Assembly: GCF_009914755.1 (NCBI RefSeq)
Contig: NC_060930.1
Strand: one strand, 5' to 3'
DNA from: the human T2T-CHM13v2.0 reference genome, Homo sapiens
DNA length: 64,000 bases
Both the position numbers and the translations under genes were made by a program. Below, in pieces: positions 62,840 through 64,000 of this stretch. The first letter of the stretch is position 1. The number at the start of each line of letters is the position of its first letter. Below the pieces are notes generated by a model, which was not told the origin of the DNA, made no database searches, and was given only the letters and a program-made list of their open reading frames with translations.

Positions 62840-63202
62840 AGATATGGTTTGGCTCTGTGGCCTCACTGAAATCTCATCTTGTAGCTCCTATAATTCCCAC
62901 GTGTTGTGGGAGATAGAGGGTGGGAGATGACTGAATCGTGGGGGTGGGTCTTTCCCCTGCTGCTGTCGTGATAGTGAATGGGTCTCGTGAGATCTGATGG
63001 TTTAAAAAAACAAGAGTTTCTCTGCACAAGCTCTCTGCCTGCTGCTATTCACATAAGATGTGACTTGCTCCTCCTTGCCTTCTGCCATGATTGTGAGACC
63101 TCCTGAGCCATGTGGAACTATAAGTCCAATAAACCTCTTTCTTTTGTAAATTGCCCAGTCTCCAGTATGTCTTTATCAGCAGCGTGAAAATGGACTAATA
63201 CA
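62840..63202 (+). mobile_element. THE1 (THE1B-like) solo LTR
   Basis: gatatggtttggctctgt...ccaataaacctctttc...ggactaataca; 363 bp; perfect 5-bp TSD AATGG at 62835-62839 and 63203-63207. Confidence 0.93.
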
Positions 63203-63666
63203 AATGGGATAAGTGAAACTCTGAGGAATCCAGGAAAGAGGTAAGGGGCACCTGGGGATTCCAGGTGAAATATCAGGAGAGAATAACAACCTCTAAGCTT
63301 CAATTTCTTCATCTGAAATGGCAGGATCATTATATCCACCTCCCATGGTTTCATGCAAAAAAAATTAATGAAGTGACATGAAAATTCCTGTCCCAATGTC
63401 TGGCACATGATAGTTACTCAATACATTTAAGCTCAAGTAAATTAAATATTATGGTTTATCTATCTACCTCTCGTATATAATCTTGTCAGTGAGAATTTTT
63501 TATGACTCCTCAGAGTTTGAGAAGCAGAGACTCTCACAGCACTGTTTGCATTATGATGAGAAAATGGCTGATAATTATTGTTTTGAGCCTGCAGATGCCT
63601 TAAAAAGCCGTTCATTACATCATTTTAAAAAAAAACTTCTAGAAACCAGGAATAGAGGCACTAGAG

Positions 63667-63800
63667 CAGTGGTTCTCAATTCTTGATGTGTATTGGAGCT
63701 TCTAAAAATTACTGATGGCCAGGTCCCACTTATCTGTCCCCCTCAGAAATGGACTTAATTCATCCCCAGGTAATTCTAATGTTCTGTCAACAGTGAGCCC
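63667..63800. mobile_element. MER5A-like hAT MITE (similar remnants near 14630-14755 and 22220-22400)
   Basis: cagtggttctcaa terminus and ccccaggtaattctaatgt motif. Confidence 0.6.
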
Positions 63801-64000
63801 TGGAGAATTAGATGGTCTAACCTGACAGATATTCGAAAATAAATTAATATATGGTAATCAAAACAAAAGTGTTTATGTTTACTTGTAATTGTGAGCAAGA
63901 CCAAACATTTAAAAATACGAGAGAATTATATAATGATATCACTATATACTCATTATCTAAATGTAATAATTAAACTTGACCATATTTGTGCTATAGATAG

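Overview
Primate genomic DNA, most likely human (young AluY and an L1PA2-like LINE-1), AT-rich and repeat-dense. No intact cellular protein-coding gene is present. On the minus strand, six GT-AG-bounded exons (45717-45749, 42214-42274, 37621-37736, 36914-37191, 15863-16125, 6277-6490) join with matching phases into one ancestral reading frame. I recognise this frame from memory as the central conserved part of OFCC1/MRDS1 (ojoplano family; human 6p24, near TFAP2A). The frame is broken by an 8-bp tandem duplication, a 1-bp deletion and up to five TGA stops, while all splice sites are intact, which fits a unitary pseudogene. A full-length L1 (7450-13477, 16-bp TSD) sits antisense in one intron. 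It has an intact ORF0, a stop-loss ORF1 and a four-times frameshifted ORF2, and its antisense promoter faces the next host exon. At 52936-53723 a Tigger1 transposase fragment has the hallmarks of L1-mediated retrotransposition with a twin-priming inversion. The rest is Alus, old L1/L2/MIR pieces, MaLR and ERV LTRs, hAT MITEs and microsatellites. Most other ORFs in the track are repeat-derived or spurious. Repeat subfamily names and the gene identity come from recalled consensus sequences, not from a database search.
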